In this document: positions 39,620 to 42,085 of the stretch, in pieces
Layout: each line of letters begins with the position of its first letter
Position numbering within the stretch: position 1 is the stretch's first letter
DNA from: Candidatus Methanoplasma reticulitermitis
GTDB taxonomy: Archaea; Thermoplasmatota; Thermoplasmata; Methanomassiliicoccales; Methanomethylophilaceae
Length of the DNA stretch: 42,085 bases
Direction: 5' to 3'
NCBI GenBank assembly: GCA_031287135.1
Contig: JAITTK010000083.1
Span: 1-42,085, forward strand
Notes under the pieces: generated by a model
What the model was told of the DNA's origin: nothing
What the model saw: only the letters and a program-made list of their open reading frames with translations
Databases searched by the model: none
Translations under genes and position numbers: made by a program

Positions 39620-40463
39620 TCTCCTCGTCTTCCTCTGCGTTGTCTTCGAAGATCTCCAGACGGTTCGGTCCGTTCATGCGCTTGCTCAGGAACCACGCCA
39701 CGGCAGCAAGGAGGATACCGACTATGACCCCGATGAGCATCAGTATGTGGGCCAGGTCCAGACCCAGATATTTCTTTATCTCGTTCTTTTCTATGGTGAC
39801 ATTTGCCGTGAGAGGGCTGCTTGTGACCTTCACGATTATCGCATTGCTCTCTTCGAAACCCTTCCCGCTGGCTGTGAGGGTGTATTCGCCGGTCGGGCAT
39901 TTGATCTCGTAATATCCCCGGTCGTCCGTGTTCGTCCTGTACACACCTTCTCCGTCAATCGGAGTCATGGTGACCGTGGCATTCTTCACGGTTTCCCCGC
40001 CGTGGTAGACCACGCCGCCAACCACTCCGTTGGACGCAGTCATTATCGCGCATTGCATCTCACTGACTGCCGACGTTATCGTGTATGTGCGGGTCGTGCT
40101 GTTGTATGCGGCGGTTGAGAGATTGAGTATAAGATACTCGGATCCCTGCTGTGAGGATGTATTCGGACAGGATATCACAGTGTATCCGAAGGCCGTGAAC
40201 GATATCGAGAGATTCGTGTTTGATGAGACTTCTATGCGGAACAATCCCCTGTCATTGGTTCTGTCTTCGAAGACGGTGCCCTGTGAGTCCATTATGTGGA
40301 CCGTTACACCTTCCATCGGTATCTTACCGGTACCTCCGCCCTCCGCCACGTAGCCTTCCACCGCGTAGTTCGGGGCAGCGACATCCGCATCGGCCTGGCC
40401 AATCGGCAATACCAGTGTCAGCAACGCGACCGCGATTATCGCCAACAGGACTTTGTTTCTCAT
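39606..40463 (-). CDS. Secreted, membrane-anchored protein with two carboxypeptidase-regulatory-like beta-sandwich domains
   Basis: Signal peptide, two T.D.G.(F/Y) modules, C-terminal TM and acidic tail. Confidence 0.8.
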   Translation of the reverse strand: MRNKVLLAIIAVALLTLVLPIGQADADVAAPNYAVEGYVAEGGGTGKIPMEGVTVHIMDSQGTVFEDRTNDRGLFRIEVSSNTNLSISFTAFGYTVISCPNTSSQQGSEYLILNLSTAAYNSTTRTYTITSAVSEMQCAIMTASNGVVGGVVYHGGETVKNATVTMTPIDGEGVYRTNTDDRGYYEIKCPTGEYTLTASGKGFEESNAIIVKVTSSPLTANVTIEKNEIKKYLGLDLAHILMLIGVIVGILLAAVAWFLSKRMNGPNRLEIFEDNAEEDEEIRYP

Positions 40464-40665
40464 CAGCTTTCAATGGGTATACCCCATTAATATCTTTTCG
40501 TGGCGGGGAGCATAAAACCGCTGTCCCGACCGATCGCGTGTTCATTTCGAAGAATCGATCGGCATGTCGGTCCATATCACTCCTTTCCCGGCCATGCCCC
40601 CTCCGTAATTGTTGCACTCAATCTAAATATTACCTGATTCTACCTGTAAAGGATTCACGGTGAGA

Positions 40666-42085
40666 TTGTTGGAAAGAATCAATAGAACGTATTCAATGGA
40701 AGAGGTAATGGGCCAGATGGAGCCTCTGATCTCCACATGGTTCAATGAGAGATTTGACAGGCTGACCGAACCGCAGGCGAAGGCGATACCCGTCATACAT
40801 CAAAGGAAGAACGTACTCGTATCATCCCCGACCGGTTCGGGCAAAACCCTCACCGCGTTCACCAGCATCATCAATGAACTCACCAGATACGCATCGGAGG
40901 GGAGGCTGGAGGAAAGAACATACTGCATATATGTCTCTCCGTTGAAAGCACTGGCCAACGATGTCAACAGGAATCTCAACACTCCGCTGGCGGAGATGAG
41001 GGCCGTTGCGGCCGCGCACGGAATGAATGTGCCCGACATCAAGGTCGCCGTGAGGTCCGGGGACACTCCGCAGAACGAGAGGCAGAAGATGGTGAGGCAT
41101 CCTCCCCATATACTGATAACAACTCCGGAGTCCCTCGCGCTGATGCTCGCCGCCCCCAAGTTCAAAGAGAATCTGAGGAACATCGAATGGGTGATCCTCG
41201 ACGAGATACACGATATCTGCGACTCCAAGAGAGGGGCGTTCCTCTCCCTCACGCTCGAGCGTCTCAAAGACCACTGCGAGACGGATTTCACAAGGATAGG
41301 GTTATCGGCCACACTGGCACCGATCGAAGCGATAGCCGGGTATCTAGTCGGATGCGGACCCGATACGGAGCCGAGAGACGTTGTACTGATCGAATCCGAT
41401 TCCAAGAAGGAACTGGACCTGAGAGTGATATGTCCGACCGATGACATGACCACTCTGTCGTCGGACATCGTGAACTCCATGATGTACGACACGCTTAAAG
41501 AACTCATAGATGAGCATGAGACCACGCTGGTGTTCACGAACACGAGGTCGGGTGCCGAGAGTGTCGTGTACAAACTGAAAGAAAGAGGACTGGAGAGCGT
41601 GGAGGTCCACCACAGTTCCCTCGGGAGAGAGACCAGGCTTGATGTGGAGGAGCGTCTCAAAAGGGGGGAGATAAGGTGTGTGGTATCGTCAACATCCCTT
41701 GAACTGGGGATCGACATCGGCTCCGTGGATCTCGTGTGTCAAATAGGGTCGCCGAAATCGGTGGCAAAGGGGCTGCAGAGGATAGGTAGGAGCGGGCACA
41801 GTTTCGGCAAAATCGCCAAAGGGAGGCTGATCGTTTTCGATCCGGACGACCTCGTGGAATGCGCGGTGATGTGCCGCGCGGCGCACAGGGGGGACATAGA
41901 TCGGGTAGGAATACCCGAGAACTGTCTGGATGTACTGTCCCAGGCCGTCGTCGGTATGAGCCTGGACCAGAGATGGGATGTGGAAGCAGCATATGATCTG
42001 GTGAGGGGGTCGTACTGCTACAGGAACCTGAGCAAGAGCAGTTTCATCAATATCCTCCGATACCTCGGCAGTAAGGACGAACACG
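40666..42085 (+). CDS. lhr: Lhr-like ATP-dependent helicase (runs off the window)
   Basis: Not in the ORF track. Manual translation shows LTEPQ, SPTGSGKT, YVSPLKALAND, ITTPES, DEIH, GLSAT, FTNTR, HHSSL, SLELGID, QRIGRSGH. Start between 40660 and 40696. Confidence 0.93.
   Translation, partial: MLERINRTYSMEEVMGQMEPLISTWFNERFDRLTEPQAKAIPVIHQRKNVLVSSPTGSGKTLTAFTSIINELTRYASEGRLEERTYCIYVSPLKALANDVNRNLNTPLAEMRAVAAAHGMNVPDIKVAVRSGDTPQNERQKMVRHPPHILITTPESLALMLAAPKFKENLRNIEWVILDEIHDICDSKRGAFLSLTLERLKDHCETDFTRIGLSATLAPIEAIAGYLVGCGPDTEPRDVVLIESDSKKELDLRVICPTDDMTTLSSDIVNSMMYDTLKELIDEHETTLVFTNTRSGAESVVYKLKERGLESVEVHHSSLGRETRLDVEERLKRGEIRCVVSSTSLELGIDIGSVDLVCQIGSPKSVAKGLQRIGRSGHSFGKIAKGRLIVFDPDDLVECAVMCRAAHRGDIDRVGIPENCLDVLSQAVVGMSLDQRWDVEAAYDLVRGSYCYRNLSKSSFINILRYLGSKDEH

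Noticed and set aside
81-42084. Many long antisense or alternative-frame ORFs in the track (e.g. 698-1525, 18705-19592, 35162-36085, 40800-41717)
   Set aside because: Shadow ORFs of well-supported genes in GC-rich sequence; no recognisable motifs.
1-42085. tRNA, rRNA, SRP or RNase P RNA genes
   Set aside because: No recognisable signature in any intergenic region; a covariance-model scan would be needed to exclude them fully.

Overview
Archaeal core-genome segment, most likely from a Methanomassiliicoccales methanogen (Ca. Methanoplasma/Methanomethylophilus-like). The taxon is inferred from the gene repertoire, the adhesin architecture and the complete absence of TAG stops. The window holds the A1Ao ATP synthase operon (atpHIKECFAB and part of D), dCMP deaminase, an S26 signal peptidase, orc1/cdc6 in a low-GC block, tiaS, a thiolase, an M20 hydrolase and rplX-pfdA-ftsY. 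These are followed by a probably imported block (MarR, heterodimeric ABC exporter, membrane 4Fe-4S protein), priS, TatD, an MBL-fold hydrolase, htpX, an HPS-RraA fusion and a GLUG-repeat adhesin. The right end has an arsC-like/tsr3/wHTH/mcm/DUF424/NMD3/fumAB run and the start of an Lhr helicase. Main observations: (1) a perfect 30-bp ORB-type inverted repeat encloses the whole cdc6 gene, with one copy inside a coding sequence; this is a probable replication origin. (2) An inverted 61-bp, ~85% identical copy of the mcm translation-start region lies just downstream of priS; inverting the 11.4 kb between the copies would place priS directly before mcm. (3) A G9 tract at the 5' end of the adhesin could drive phase variation. 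(4) Smaller items: an unannotated 28-aa membrane peptide in the origin, a small wHTH gene coupled to mcm, two apparent pseudo-enzymes and a probable IS1634-like relic. All calls come from reading motifs by eye; no searches were run.
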